A program made the position numbers and the translations under genes. A stretch of 64,000 nt of DNA from Halochromatium sp. GTDB taxonomy: Bacteria; Pseudomonadota; Gammaproteobacteria; Chromatiales; Chromatiaceae. The number at the start of each line of letters is the position of its first letter. Position 1 is the stretch's first letter. Below are positions 42,993-54,076 of the stretch, one piece after another. The DNA lies in assembly GCF_046541315.1 (NCBI RefSeq), contig NZ_JBKHDN010000001.1, forward strand, positions 28-64,027. The letters are read 5' to 3'. The notes under the pieces are model-generated. The model saw only the letters and a list, made by a program, of their open reading frames with translations. It did no database searches and had not been told where the DNA came from.

Positions 42993-44927
42993 CTACAAGG
43001 AGTCGTCCGCGACGACCGGCTTGCGCTCGATCTTCGCCCGCGCCTGCATATCGGCCAACACCGCATCGACATCGGCGGTCGCCAGCGTCCGTTCGAGCAC
43101 GCCGGCCTCGGCCTCGATTTCAGCCGCGTCGAGCCGCGCCGGATCGCCGTCGATGACCTCGGAGACCAGCACCACGAAGGCATCGCCGCCGTCCTCGGCG
43201 CTGGTGCTGCCGACCCGGATCTCGGCATCCGCATCGGGCCGTGGCAGCGAGAACGCGAGCCGAATCACCGCGGGCGGCAGCTCGTCCGCAGCGCGCCCGA
43301 CTTGGCCCGCGTCAATGACCTCAAAACCCGCGGCCGCCTCGGCAAGCGTCTGTCCCGCCCGCACCCGCTCCGCGATGGCCTCGGCCTCGGCTTGGGCGGC
43401 CTCGGCGGCCTGTTGGGCCTCGAGCCGGGCGACGATCTCGTCTCTCACCTCCGCCAACGGCCGCACCGCGGGCTCGCGATGCTCGACGACCCGCAGCACC
43501 ATGGCCTGCAACCCGTCGGGATCGGGCTCGAGCAGTTCACTGTTATGGCCCCGCTCCAACACCTCCTCGCTGAAGGCGGCGTCAATGACCTTCGGATGGG
43601 CAAACAGGCCCTCGCCGCCGCTGCGGTCGATCCAATCGCTCTCCTGAATCTCGAGTTCGAGGGTCTCGGCCGCCGGCACCAGGCTGTCGGGCGACTCATA
43701 GGTCAGGGTTGCGAGCTGCTCGGCCTGTTCGAAGAAGATGCCCTCGCTGCCACCGTCACGCAGCTCGGCCTTCAGCTCGTCCTTCACCGCCTCGAACGGC
43801 CGTGGCTCGCCGCCACGCTCATCCAAGACTTCGACCAGATGGTAGCCAAAGCGGCTGCGCACCGGGTCGCTCAGGGTCTCGGGTTCGAGCGCGAAGACGG
43901 CCTGCTCGAAGGCCGGATCGAGCATGCCACGGCCGATCCAGCCAAGTGCCCCGCCGCTGTCGGCGCTGCTTGGATCCTCGGAGACCTCGGCGGCCACCTC
44001 GGCAAAGGCCTCGCCGTCGCGCAGCCGCTCCTGAATGGCTAGCAGACGTTCGCGGGTCGCCGCGCGCGTGGCCCGATCGGCCTCCTCCGGGACCGTCAGC
44101 AGGATATGACGGACCCGCCGCTCGCGCGGGGCGGTGAACTCGTCGCGGCGCTGTTCATACTGCTCGCGCAAGGTCGCCTCGTCGAGGCGCTGATCCGGCG
44201 CCGAGAGACGGGCCGCATCGAGCAGCAGATAGGCGATGCGGACCTGCTCCGGGGTGGCGAACTGCTGCGGATGCTCATCGTAGTAGGCGGCGATGGCCGC
44301 ATCGCTCGGCGCTTCAACGCCCTCCTCGAAGGCGACGCTCGGCACCGGCACATAGGTCAACGCCCGCTGCTGTCGCACCAGGCTCAGGCTGCGTTCGGCC
44401 AAGGCATCGGTGACGAAGGCGGTTGCGCGAATCGCGCGCGGTAGCTGGGTGATCAACAACTGACGGCGCAACGAGGCCTCATAGGCGGATGGCGTCAGGC
44501 CCTGGAGCCGCAGCACCTGTTCGTACTCGGCCTTGGAAAAGGCGCCGTCACGCTGAAAGGCGGGCTCGCCGAGGATGGCCGCGCGCACGGCCTGATCCGA
44601 GGTCCGCAGCCCCATGGCCTCGGAGTCCTCCAGGAGCAGGGTCTCGCGGATCATGCGCTCGAGGACTTCGGCGCGGATGCGCGCGTCGCCGAACAAGGCG
44701 GGATCGTAGGCATCGCCCAACTGATCCCGCAGCTGCATGCGGGTGCGATTGACGTTCTGATTGAAGGCCTGCTCGGTGATCTCGGTACCGTTGACGCTGG
44801 CGACCACCGGCTCCTTCCCTCCGCCGAAGTAGGAATCGATGCCCCAGAAGGCGAAGGGGATACTGATCAGAATGATGACGGCCCAGGCGACCCAGCCCTG
44901 CGCGCGTTCTCGGATCTCCTGCAACAT
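42993..44927 (-). CDS. ppiD: Periplasmic chaperone / PPIase D
   Basis: N-terminal TM, SurA_N region, parvulin domain (RHILL...SEDPSSADSGGALGW...FGYHLV); downstream of hupB-tRNAs. Confidence 0.92.
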   Translation of the reverse strand: MLQEIRERAQGWVAWAVIILISIPFAFWGIDSYFGGGKEPVVASVNGTEITEQAFNQNVNRTRMQLRDQLGDAYDPALFGDARIRAEVLERMIRETLLLEDSEAMGLRTSDQAVRAAILGEPAFQRDGAFSKAEYEQVLRLQGLTPSAYEASLRRQLLITQLPRAIRATAFVTDALAERSLSLVRQQRALTYVPVPSVAFEEGVEAPSDAAIAAYYDEHPQQFATPEQVRIAYLLLDAARLSAPDQRLDEATLREQYEQRRDEFTAPRERRVRHILLTVPEEADRATRAATRERLLAIQERLRDGEAFAEVAAEVSEDPSSADSGGALGWIGRGMLDPAFEQAVFALEPETLSDPVRSRFGYHLVEVLDERGGEPRPFEAVKDELKAELRDGGSEGIFFEQAEQLATLTYESPDSLVPAAETLELEIQESDWIDRSGGEGLFAHPKVIDAAFSEEVLERGHNSELLEPDPDGLQAMVLRVVEHREPAVRPLAEVRDEIVARLEAQQAAEAAQAEAEAIAERVRAGQTLAEAAAGFEVIDAGQVGRAADELPPAVIRLAFSLPRPDADAEIRVGSTSAEDGGDAFVVLVSEVIDGDPARLDAAEIEAEAGVLERTLATADVDAVLADMQARAKIERKPVVADDSL

Positions 44928-44967
44928 AGCGTGTCGGACTCAGCGTGCGAAGAAATGACGGGACAAA

Positions 44968-45003
44968 TGAAAACGGGGTACCCCAAGAGGATACCCCGTT
45001 TCA
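44968..45003 (-). terminator. Terminator after tRNA-Val/tRNA-Asp
   Basis: AAACGGGGTA...TACCCCGTTT stem with A/T flanks. Confidence 0.75.
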
Positions 45004-45009
45004 ACGTGA

Positions 45010-45086
45010 TGGCGGAGTGGACGGGACTCGAACCCGCGACCCCCGGCGTGACAGGCCGGTATTCTAACCAACTGAACTACCACTCC
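45010..45086 (-). tRNA. tRNA-Asp (GTC)
   Basis: GGAGTGGTAGTTCAGTTGGTTAGAATACCGGCCTGTCACGCCGG...GGTTCGAGTCCC...CCGCCA, 77 nt. Confidence 0.97.
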
Positions 45087-45113
45087 AAAAAACTGTGGTG
45101 CCGCAACCCTGGG

Positions 45114-45189
45114 TGGTGGGTGCTGCAGGGATCGAACCTGCGACCCTCGCCTTGTAAGGGCGATGCTCTCCCAGCTGAGCTAAGCACCC
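45114..45189 (-). tRNA. tRNA-Val (TAC)
   Basis: GGGTGCTTAGCTCAGCTGGGAGAGCATCGCCCTTACAAGGCGA...GGTTCGATCCC...CCCACCA, 76 nt. Confidence 0.97.
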
Positions 45190-45220
45190 GATCTGCTAGG
45201 CACCCGCCCGAATGAAGCAG

Positions 45221-45493
45221 TCATTGTATCGCATCCTTGAGGGCTTTGCCAGCCTTGAATGACGGATTTTTTGAGGCCGCGATCTGGATCGCCTCGCCGG
45301 TCTGCGGGTTGCGCCCGGTGCGCGCGGCACGCTCCTTCACGGAAAAGGTACCGAATCCGATGATCGAGACGGATTCACCGTTCTTCAGGGTGGCCGCGAC
45401 GGAGTCGGTCAGCGCGTCGAGCGCGCGAGCTGCCGCAGACTTGGAGATATCGGCCGCATCGGCCATCGCGTCCACGAGTTCTGATTTATTCAT
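45221..45493 (-). CDS. hupB: DNA-binding protein HU
   Basis: MNKSELVDA...GFGTF...[12 protein letters not shown]...FKAGKALKD; downstream of lon. Confidence 0.96.
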   Translation of the reverse strand: MNKSELVDAMADAADISKSAAARALDALTDSVAATLKNGESVSIIGFGTFSVKERAARTGRNPQTGEAIQIAASKNPSFKAGKALKDAIQ

Positions 45494-45617
45494 TGATCCC
45501 CCTGATTGACCCCATGCCCTGGGGCCGTTTTGCCGTGCGTAAACGCGTGAGTCGAGCCAACACTGGCTCGACTCACGACATGGATGAGAACGACTGTGTC
45601 GCCCTGATGAGTCCAGG

Positions 45618-45646
45618 ATTGTTAAGGAGGTCCCCGGAGGTGTCAA
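45618..45646 (-). promoter_or_regulatory. sigma70-type promoter for hupB
   Basis: Minus strand TTGACA-N17-AACAAT. Confidence 0.55.
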
Positions 45647-45782
45647 CCCAAAAGCAGCGGCGATGCGCGCCGGGGACGAGAACGCGGCACCCGCAAGAGT
45701 CCAGCCGCGAGGCCGCACCCGCTCGGCCGCTCAGGCCTCGCGCATCCGCCGAGCCATGCCCGCCGTCAGATGCCCGCCTGAC

Positions 45783-48230
45783 TCAGTGGTGCGTGCGCAC
45801 ACCCGCGTCGGGCTTCTTCTCCTCGACCGGAGGCGCGGCCTCCCCCACCGCATTCTCCTCGTCCGGACGCGGGGCGGGCAGGCCGGCCAGCGCCAACTCC
45901 AGGACCTCGTCGATCCAGCGCACCGGTCGGATGTCCAGGCTCTGCTTGATGTTCCTGGGGATATCGACCAGATCGCGCTCGTTCTCGTGCGGAATCAGCA
46001 CCTGCTCGATACCGCCACGATGCGCCGCCAGCAGCTTCTCTTTGAGGCCGCCGATCGGCAACACCTCGCCGCGCAGCGTGATCTCGCCAGTCATGGCGAC
46101 ACTCGCGCGCACCGGCATCTGGGTCAGCGCCGAGACCAGGGCGGTGCACATCGCCACGCCCGCGCTCGGCCCATCCTTCGGCGTCGCGCCCTCGGGCACA
46201 TGGATGTGCATGTCGTACTTCTGATGAAAATCGGTCTCGATACCGAGCGATTCGGCGCGCGAGCGCACCACCGTCATCGCCGCCTGGATCGACTCCTGCA
46301 TCACATCGCCGAGCTGGCCGGTAAAGATGAACTTGCCCTTGCCCGGCACCAACGCCGCCTCGATGCGCAACAACTCGCCGCCGACCTCGGTCCAGGCCAG
46401 ACCGGTCACCTGCCCGACCTGATCGTGCTCGTCGGCCAGGCCGAAGCGGAAGCGCCGCACGCCGAGGTACTTGTCCAACGACTTGGGCGTCACCGTGACC
46501 GTCTTGTCCGGCTTCTTCAGCAGGATCTCCTTGACCACCTTGCGACAGATCTTCGAGATCTCGCGCTCGAGATTGCGCACCCCGGCCTCGCGCGTGTAGT
46601 AGCGCACCAGGTCGCGCAAGGCGGCCTCGCGAATCGTCAGCTCGCCGCGCTTGAGCCCGTTGTTCTTCATCTGCTTCGGGATCAGGTAGCGCTCGGCGAT
46701 GTTGATCTTCTCGTCCTCGGTGTAGCCCGAGAGACGGATCACCTCCATGCGGTCGAGCAGTGCCGGCGGGATCTTCAGCGTGTTGGCGGTGGCGACGAAC
46801 ATCACCTCGGAGAGATCGAAATCGACCTCGAGATAATGGTCGTTGAAGGTGTTGTTCTGCTCCGGGTCGAGCACCTCGAGCAAGGCTGAGGCTGGATCGC
46901 CGCGGAAGTCCATTGCCATCTTGTCGATCTCGTCGAGCAGGAAGAACGCATTGCGCGAGCCGGCCTTGGACAGATTCTGGATGATCTTGCCCGGCAAGGC
47001 ACCGATATAGGTGCGTCGGTGACCGCGGATCTCGGCCTCGTCGCGCACGCCACCAAGCGACATGCGCACGAACTTGCGATTCGTAGCGCGGGCGATCGAT
47101 TGACCGAGCGAGGTCTTGCCGACGCCGGGCGGGCCGACCAGACAGAGGATCGGCCCCTTGAGCTTGCGCACTCGCTGCTGCACGGCCAGGTACTCGGTGA
47201 TGCGTTCCTTGACCTTTTCCAGCCCGTAGTGATCGGTATCGAGCACCTTCTCGGCGACACCGACATCGTTGCGGATGCGGGTGCGCTTCTTCCAAGGCAC
47301 CGAGACCAGGGTGTCGATATAGTTGCGCACCACGGTCGCCTCGGCCGACATCGGCGACATCAGCTTGAGCTTGTTCAGCTCCCCTGTCGCCTTCTCCTTC
47401 ACATCCTTGGGCATCCCTGCGGCCTCGATGCGCTTGCCGAGATCCTCGAGTTCGTTCGGCGCGTCCTCGAGTTCTCCCAACTCCTTCTGGATCGCCTTCA
47501 TCTGCTCGTTCAGATAGTACTCGCGCTGGTTCTTCTCCATCTGCCGCTTGACGCGGCCACGGATGCGCTTCTCCATCTGCAGGATGTCGTTCTCCGACTC
47601 CATCAGCCCCATCAGATGTTCGAGGCGCTGCTGCACATCGATCATCTCCAGCACGCGCTGCTTCTCGTCGAGCTTCAGCGACATGTGCGCGGCCATGGTA
47701 TCGGCCAGGCGGCTGGCCTCGTCGATGCTGGCGAGCGAGGTCAGCACCTCCGGCGGCACCTTCTTGTTGAGCTTGACGTACTGATCGAACAGGGCCACCG
47801 CCGAGCGCATCAGCACCTCTTGCTCGCGCTCGTCGGCCTCGAGCGTCTCGGCGAGCGGGGACGCGGTGGCGGTGAAGGCATCGTCGGTCGAGATGTAGCG
47901 GTTCGCCTTGGCGCGCTGATGCCCCTCGACCAGCACCTTCACCGTGCCGTCCGGCAGCTTCAGCAGCTGCAGGACGTTGGCGAGGGTGCCGATCGCGTGC
48001 AGATCCTTGACCGAGGGATCATCGACCTCGGCGTTCTTCTGTGCGACCAGCAGGATCTGCTTGTCGCTGGTCATGGCCGCGTCCAGCGCCTTGATCGACT
48101 TGTCACGGCCGACGAAGAGCGGGATCACCATGTGTGGATACACGACGACGTCGCGTAGCGGCAGTACCGGAATGGCCTGGCCGGAGGTCAGTGCATCAAC
48201 GACCCCAGAGCCCGAATCACTCTTGCCCAT
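45783..48230 (-). CDS. lon: ATP-dependent protease La
   Basis: [27 protein letters not shown] catalytic Ser motif. Confidence 0.98.
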   Translation of the reverse strand: MGKSDSGSGVVDALTSGQAIPVLPLRDVVVYPHMVIPLFVGRDKSIKALDAAMTSDKQILLVAQKNAEVDDPSVKDLHAIGTLANVLQLLKLPDGTVKVLVEGHQRAKANRYISTDDAFTATASPLAETLEADEREQEVLMRSAVALFDQYVKLNKKVPPEVLTSLASIDEASRLADTMAAHMSLKLDEKQRVLEMIDVQQRLEHLMGLMESENDILQMEKRIRGRVKRQMEKNQREYYLNEQMKAIQKELGELEDAPNELEDLGKRIEAAGMPKDVKEKATGELNKLKLMSPMSAEATVVRNYIDTLVSVPWKKRTRIRNDVGVAEKVLDTDHYGLEKVKERITEYLAVQQRVRKLKGPILCLVGPPGVGKTSLGQSIARATNRKFVRMSLGGVRDEAEIRGHRRTYIGALPGKIIQNLSKAGSRNAFFLLDEIDKMAMDFRGDPASALLEVLDPEQNNTFNDHYLEVDFDLSEVMFVATANTLKIPPALLDRMEVIRLSGYTEDEKINIAERYLIPKQMKNNGLKRGELTIREAALRDLVRYYTREAGVRNLEREISKICRKVVKEILLKKPDKTVTVTPKSLDKYLGVRRFRFGLADEHDQVGQVTGLAWTEVGGELLRIEAALVPGKGKFIFTGQLGDVMQESIQAAMTVVRSRAESLGIETDFHQKYDMHIHVPEGATPKDGPSAGVAMCTALVSALTQMPVRASVAMTGEITLRGEVLPIGGLKEKLLAAHRGGIEQVLIPHENERDLVDIPRNIKQSLDIRPVRWIDEVLELALAGLPAPRPDEENAVGEAAPPVEEKKPDAGVRTHH

Positions 48231-48413
48231 AGACTGTGCCCATCTGCTGATGCCCGTCGGCCCGAGGGGCTGACCCCGTGGGGATCATCGGCCGACGTGG
48301 CAGGTGTTGCGTGAATACCCGATTGGGAATGCCCGATTGGGAACGAGGTTAGGGCGGCGCCCGGATGCTTCAATCAGCACCGCAGGCGCAGCTGCAAGAG
48401 AAAGACCGAGGGG

Positions 48414-49685
<1,272 letters not shown>

Positions 49686-49891
49686 AGATCATCTCTCCAA
49701 GATTGGGCGCTGCGGGGCCGGACGGAAGTGGGGCGGGGAGGACGGAACGATCGGCCGCCAAGCGTTTCCCGATCATAACCCGAGCTGTCCAGATGGCAAC
49801 ATGCACATCTCGACCTGCATCCGGATATAGGTCATTGCAACCGTCTTACCAACTCAGCACCGCCGGCGCCGCGTTCAAGCCGGTCGACGCC

Positions 49892-50536
49892 TCAGTCAGC
49901 GGGTTTGGCGCGTCGATCGAGCACCTTGTCGATGAGGCCGTAGGCCACCGCGTCCGCGCCCCCCATGAAGCGATCCCGCTCGGTATCGTCGGCGATGCGC
50001 TCGATCGGTTGCCCGGTGTGATGGGACAGGATCTGGTTGAGTTGTTCGCGCGCATGCAGGATCTCGCGCGCGTGGATATCGATATCGCTGGCTTGGCCCT
50101 GGAAGCCGCCGAGCGGCTGATGGATCATGATCCGCGAATGCGGCAGGCAAGAGCGCTTGCCGGCGGCGCCGCCGGCGAGCAGCAGCGCGCCCATGCTCGC
50201 GGCCTGCCCGACGCACATGGTGCTGACCTCGGGGCGGATGAACTGCATGGTGTCGTAGATCGCCAAGCCAGCGGTCACCGAACCGCCAGGGGAGTTGATG
50301 TAGAAGTGGATGTCCTTGTCGGGATTCTCCGATTCCAGGAACAACAGCTGCGCCACCACCAGGTTGGCGACATGATCGTCGACGGGACCGACGAGAAAGA
50401 CCACGCGCTCCTTGAGCAGGCGCGAGAAGATATCGAACGAGCGCTCGCCGCGGGCGGTCTGCTCCACCACCACGGGAACCAGACCCAGCGCCTGCGGATC
50501 GCTGCGCTGATGGGCGTTTTCGGTGTTCATCGTCAT
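49892..50536 (-). CDS. clpP: ATP-dependent Clp protease proteolytic subunit
   Basis: YINSPGG, QAASMG, MIHQP. Confidence 0.98.
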   Translation of the reverse strand: MTMNTENAHQRSDPQALGLVPVVVEQTARGERSFDIFSRLLKERVVFLVGPVDDHVANLVVAQLLFLESENPDKDIHFYINSPGGSVTAGLAIYDTMQFIRPEVSTMCVGQAASMGALLLAGGAAGKRSCLPHSRIMIHQPLGGFQGQASDIDIHAREILHAREQLNQILSHHTGQPIERIADDTERDRFMGGADAVAYGLIDKVLDRRAKPAD

Positions 50537-50580
50537 CTAGGGCTCGGCTTGGTTGAGGAAGGATCAGCCAGCATCAGGCA

Positions 50581-51885
50581 TCACTGTTGCTGCGCCGTCA
50601 GCTCGCTGAAGCTGATCGGCTCGTCGGTGACCTGGAGCTGTTCAAGCAGATGCTCGACGACCACGTCCTCGAGCACCATGGACTCGATCGACGCCAACCG
50701 TTGCCGGTCGGCATAGTAATGGTCGATCACGGCCTGTGGATCATCATAGCTCGCCGCCATCTCCTCGAGCGCGGCGCGCACGCGCTCCGGATCGGGCGAG
50801 AGTTCCTGCTGCTTGATCACCTCGGCGATGATCAACCCGAGCGCGACGCGACGGCGCGCATTATCGGCAAACAGCTCGTCTGGCAGTTTGCTCTCGGAGA
50901 TCTGGGAGCCGGCACCGCCCAGATTCCGCATCGTCATCTGGCGCAGCGAGTCGATCTCGTCGGCGAGCAGCGCCGCCGGGATGGGGAGCGGATGGGCCTC
51001 GAGCAGCGCGTCCATGACCTGCTCCTTGACCCGTGCCTTGACCCGCTGCGCTAGCTCGCGCTCCAGATTCGCACGCACATCGGCGCGAAAACGCTCGACA
51101 TCGCCATCCTCGACGCCGAACTCGGCGATGAGATCGGCATCGAGTGCGGGCAGGATCGGCTCCTCGACGCGCTTGACCACCACATCGAAGCGGGCCGACC
51201 GACCCGCCAGCGCCGTCTGCTGGTAATCCTCGGGGAAGGTCACCTCGACCACGGGCTTGTCGCCCACGGCGGTGCCGATCAGCTGCTCCTCGAAGCCGGG
51301 GATGAAGCGCCCGCTGCCGATCTCGAGCTGAACCCCCTCGCCGCGTCCGCCGGCGAAGGGCTCGCCATCGATAAAGCCCTCGAAGTCGAGACTGAGGCGA
51401 TCGCCGCTCGCCGCCACCCGCTCGACGGGCTCCCAGCGCTTGCGCTGCTGGCGTATCCGCTCAAGGGTCTCGTCGACATCGGCCTCGGTGACCTCGACCT
51501 GCGGGCGGCGGACCGACTGTCCGTCGAGCGAGGTCAGCGTCAGCTCGGGCATGACCTCGAATTCAGCGAGATAGGCGTAACGCCCGGCGTCCCGATCCAG
51601 ATCGGGCTCGATGTCGGGACGACCGGCCGGGCGCAGTTCGGCCTCGGCGATCGCTTGCGGAAAGCTCGCCTCGATGCGCTCGCCGAACACCTCCAGGCGC
51701 ACCGAGTCGCCATAGCGCTGGCGGAGCATGCGCAGCGGCACCTTGCCAGGCCTGAAGCCCGGCAAACGCGCGGAGCGGGCATAGTTTTGCAGACGTTTCT
51801 CGATCTCCTGCTCGATCTCCTCGGCAGGCAGCTCGACTCTCAACCGTCGCGTGAGACCGTCCCCGGTCTCGACCGATACTTGCAT
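50581..51885 (-). CDS. tig: Trigger factor
   Basis: GFRPGKVP ribosome-binding motif, FKBP domain (FIPGFEEQL, VTFPEDY). Confidence 0.97.
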   Translation of the reverse strand: MQVSVETGDGLTRRLRVELPAEEIEQEIEKRLQNYARSARLPGFRPGKVPLRMLRQRYGDSVRLEVFGERIEASFPQAIAEAELRPAGRPDIEPDLDRDAGRYAYLAEFEVMPELTLTSLDGQSVRRPQVEVTEADVDETLERIRQQRKRWEPVERVAASGDRLSLDFEGFIDGEPFAGGRGEGVQLEIGSGRFIPGFEEQLIGTAVGDKPVVEVTFPEDYQQTALAGRSARFDVVVKRVEEPILPALDADLIAEFGVEDGDVERFRADVRANLERELAQRVKARVKEQVMDALLEAHPLPIPAALLADEIDSLRQMTMRNLGGAGSQISESKLPDELFADNARRRVALGLIIAEVIKQQELSPDPERVRAALEEMAASYDDPQAVIDHYYADRQRLASIESMVLEDVVVEHLLEQLQVTDEPISFSELTAQQQ

Positions 51886-51951
51886 TGTTGTCCTCCGGCC
51901 ATGGTGCCGGCGGCACCGGGAAAACGGTTAAAAATACCACTAAAAGCGGCG

Positions 51952-52314
51952 CTAGACCAAGTCCGCGCGCCCGCTGGATCCTGATCCGGGCGGAGCCGCC
52001 GGCTTGGAGCCGATGATTTCGAGCGCCGGCTTCGCGCGCAACCGCTGCGCGGCCGCGTATTCATCGTCGCTCATCCGACTGCCGACGATGTTGCGCAACA
52101 GGTCGGCATCCTGATCGCCCTGCTCGATGGCGAGCGAGAGCCAATAGTGCGCCTGCGCCAGATCGATGGTGACCCCGCGACCCTCGGCGTAGATCAACCC
52201 CAGGGCATAGAACGCATCCACCTCGCCGCGCGCGGCCGCCGCGCGCACCTGCGGGACGACGGAAGGATCGTTGCGTAGCAAGACGAGATGCTTGAGATAG
52301 CTATTATCGGCCAT
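51952..52314 (-). CDS. Sel1-like repeat protein
   Basis: AARGEVDAFYALGLIYAEGRGVTIDLAQAHYWLSLAIEQG. Confidence 0.82.
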   Translation of the reverse strand: MADNSYLKHLVLLRNDPSVVPQVRAAAARGEVDAFYALGLIYAEGRGVTIDLAQAHYWLSLAIEQGDQDADLLRNIVGSRMSDDEYAAAQRLRAKPALEIIGSKPAAPPGSGSSGRADLV

Positions 52315-52361
52315 CGCCGCTCCCTCCCGAGCTTGGGATCCATCGACGGATCATGGGGCAT

Positions 52362-52386
52362 AAAAAAGGCGGGAACATCCCGCCTT
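52362..52386 (-). terminator. Rho-independent terminator after the Alvin_2107-like gene
   Basis: Minus strand AAGGCGGGA-TGT-TCCCGCC-TTTTTT. Confidence 0.85.
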
Positions 52387-52464
52387 GACAACCGCCGGGC
52401 CAAGAGGCGCCGGTCGACGCCAATCTGCGCGGCAACCGCCGGCCCGCTTGACGAGGACCGGCGA

Positions 52465-52662
52465 TCAGCCCTTGGCCCACTGAGAGAAGTTGTCGGTGTT
52501 CTTCTCCTCGCCATCGGCGTAACCTGCCTCGTAGGCCTCGGTCAAGCGCTGCTCTTCGCGCTTCGGGTTCTGCAGGAACCCGCATTGCCAGCCTTGGATA
52601 TACTCGTCGTCGACGCCGAGCTGCTCCATCTTGGTGACGGCGTCGTAATAGAATTGGTTCAT
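52465..52662 (-). CDS. Alvin_2107-family small protein linked to sulfur-globule oxidation
   Basis: MNQFYYDAVTKMEQLGVDDEYIQGWQCGFLQNPKREEQRLTEAYEAGYADG..., recognised from memory; GGAG RBS; near soxYZ. Confidence 0.78.
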   Translation of the reverse strand: MNQFYYDAVTKMEQLGVDDEYIQGWQCGFLQNPKREEQRLTEAYEAGYADGEEKNTDNFSQWAKG

Positions 52663-53012
52663 CGTCCAGTCTCCGGTCAACTAAATGAGATTCGGTTGCA
52701 ATGATCTGATCCAAGCCCTTGACGGGAGCGCGTCGGACCGGTTGCCGAAGCGCCGCGCGCGCGGGGGATCGCCACGGCGCGCATTCGCCCGAATCTGGCT
52801 TAACGGATAAGAATACCGTTTCTTTCTAATGCGCACCAGGGCCGCAGCGCCGAGGCACTCGCAGCAGGCCGGACAAGCGGCCCACGGAGTCCAGGGTCGG
52901 GCGCGCCGCGCTTGCGATCGGCGGCGGCGCAACCCAACCTTAGCCGACGAATCTTACAGCCGAGTCTCGCTTCGGCGCCGAGCCCGATCGATTGAGAGGA
53001 GATCGCCCCATC

Positions 53013-54056
53013 ATGCGTCCCGCCCAGCTGTTATCCGTCCTCGAGCGCGAACTCGCCAGTGCCGCCGAGGGGCATCACACGCCCGTCATGCTGTGGGGGC
53101 CGCCGGGGGTGGGCAAGTCCCAGATGATCGCGCTCGTCGCGCAGCGTCATCGGGTGCCGGTGATCGATATCCGCCTCTCGCAGATGGAGCCGAGCGATCT
53201 GCGCGGCATCCCGTTTCGGGTCGACCAGCACGTCGAATGGGCGATCCCCGCGCTACTGCCGGATGTCCAGCGCCACGGTCGGGCCGGGATCCTCTTCTTG
53301 GACGAGATCACCTCGGCGCCGCCAGCGGTGTCGGCCGCCGCCTATCAGCTGATCCTCGATCGCCGGCTCGGCGAGTACCAGGTGCCGGCGCATTGGGCGA
53401 TCTTCGCCGCCGGCAATCGCCAAGGCGACCGCGGCGTGACCTACAGCATGCCTGCGCCCTTGGCGAACCGGTTCTCCCACTTCGAGGTCGACACGCACCT
53501 CGACGACTGGGTCGCCTGGGCCTATGCCAAGGGGATCGATGAGCGCGTCATCGCCTTCCTGCGCTTTCGCCCGGAACTGTTGTTCGACTTCGATCCGGCG
53601 CATAACCCGGTGGCCTTCCCGTCACCGCGCTCCTGGGAGTTCGCCCATCGTGCCTTGCAGAAATTCCAGGATGATCCACAGTTGTTGCAAGGCACCTTGC
53701 AGGCCTGCGTGGGACCGGCGGCCGGGATCGAGCTGGCCGCATTCGTCGCCAGTATCGATCAAATGCCGGATCTCGACGCCATCTGTCGCGGCGAGCCGGT
53801 GCCGGTGCCGAGCGAGATCGATCTGCAGTACGCGGTCGCGGCGGCGCTGGTCGGCAAGGCCATCCGCGCCCAGGGCAGTCCCGAGCAACCGGCCGTGATC
53901 GGTCATATCCTGATCTATGCCGGACGCTTCCCGCAGCGCGAGATGGGCGTCATGCTGGTGTCCGATCTGCACCGCGCCATCGGCGGCGCGCTGTTCGAGG
54001 TGCCGGCCTTCGCCGACTGGGCGAACGCCATCGCCGATGTCATGCTCTATCACTGA
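53013..54056 (+). CDS. MoxR-like AAA+ ATPase
   Basis: Walker A GPPGVGKS, Walker B ILFLDE, sensor-1 AAGN, LANRF Arg finger, PSPRSW; GAGGAG RBS. Confidence 0.9.
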   Translation: MRPAQLLSVLERELASAAEGHHTPVMLWGPPGVGKSQMIALVAQRHRVPVIDIRLSQMEPSDLRGIPFRVDQHVEWAIPALLPDVQRHGRAGILFLDEITSAPPAVSAAAYQLILDRRLGEYQVPAHWAIFAAGNRQGDRGVTYSMPAPLANRFSHFEVDTHLDDWVAWAYAKGIDERVIAFLRFRPELLFDFDPAHNPVAFPSPRSWEFAHRALQKFQDDPQLLQGTLQACVGPAAGIELAAFVASIDQMPDLDAICRGEPVPVPSEIDLQYAVAAALVGKAIRAQGSPEQPAVIGHILIYAGRFPQREMGVMLVSDLHRAIGGALFEVPAFADWANAIADVMLYH

Positions 54057-54076
54057 CCTCGCGACGATCCACACCC

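Noticed and set aside
44928-45220. 94-aa ORF and possible island at tRNA-Val/Asp
   Set aside because: The ORF is antisense to the two tRNAs; no att duplication or integrase was seen.
45595-45640. CTGATGA hammerhead-ribozyme-like core
   Set aside because: No GAAA and no closing stems in the right register; the region is better explained as the hupB promoter.
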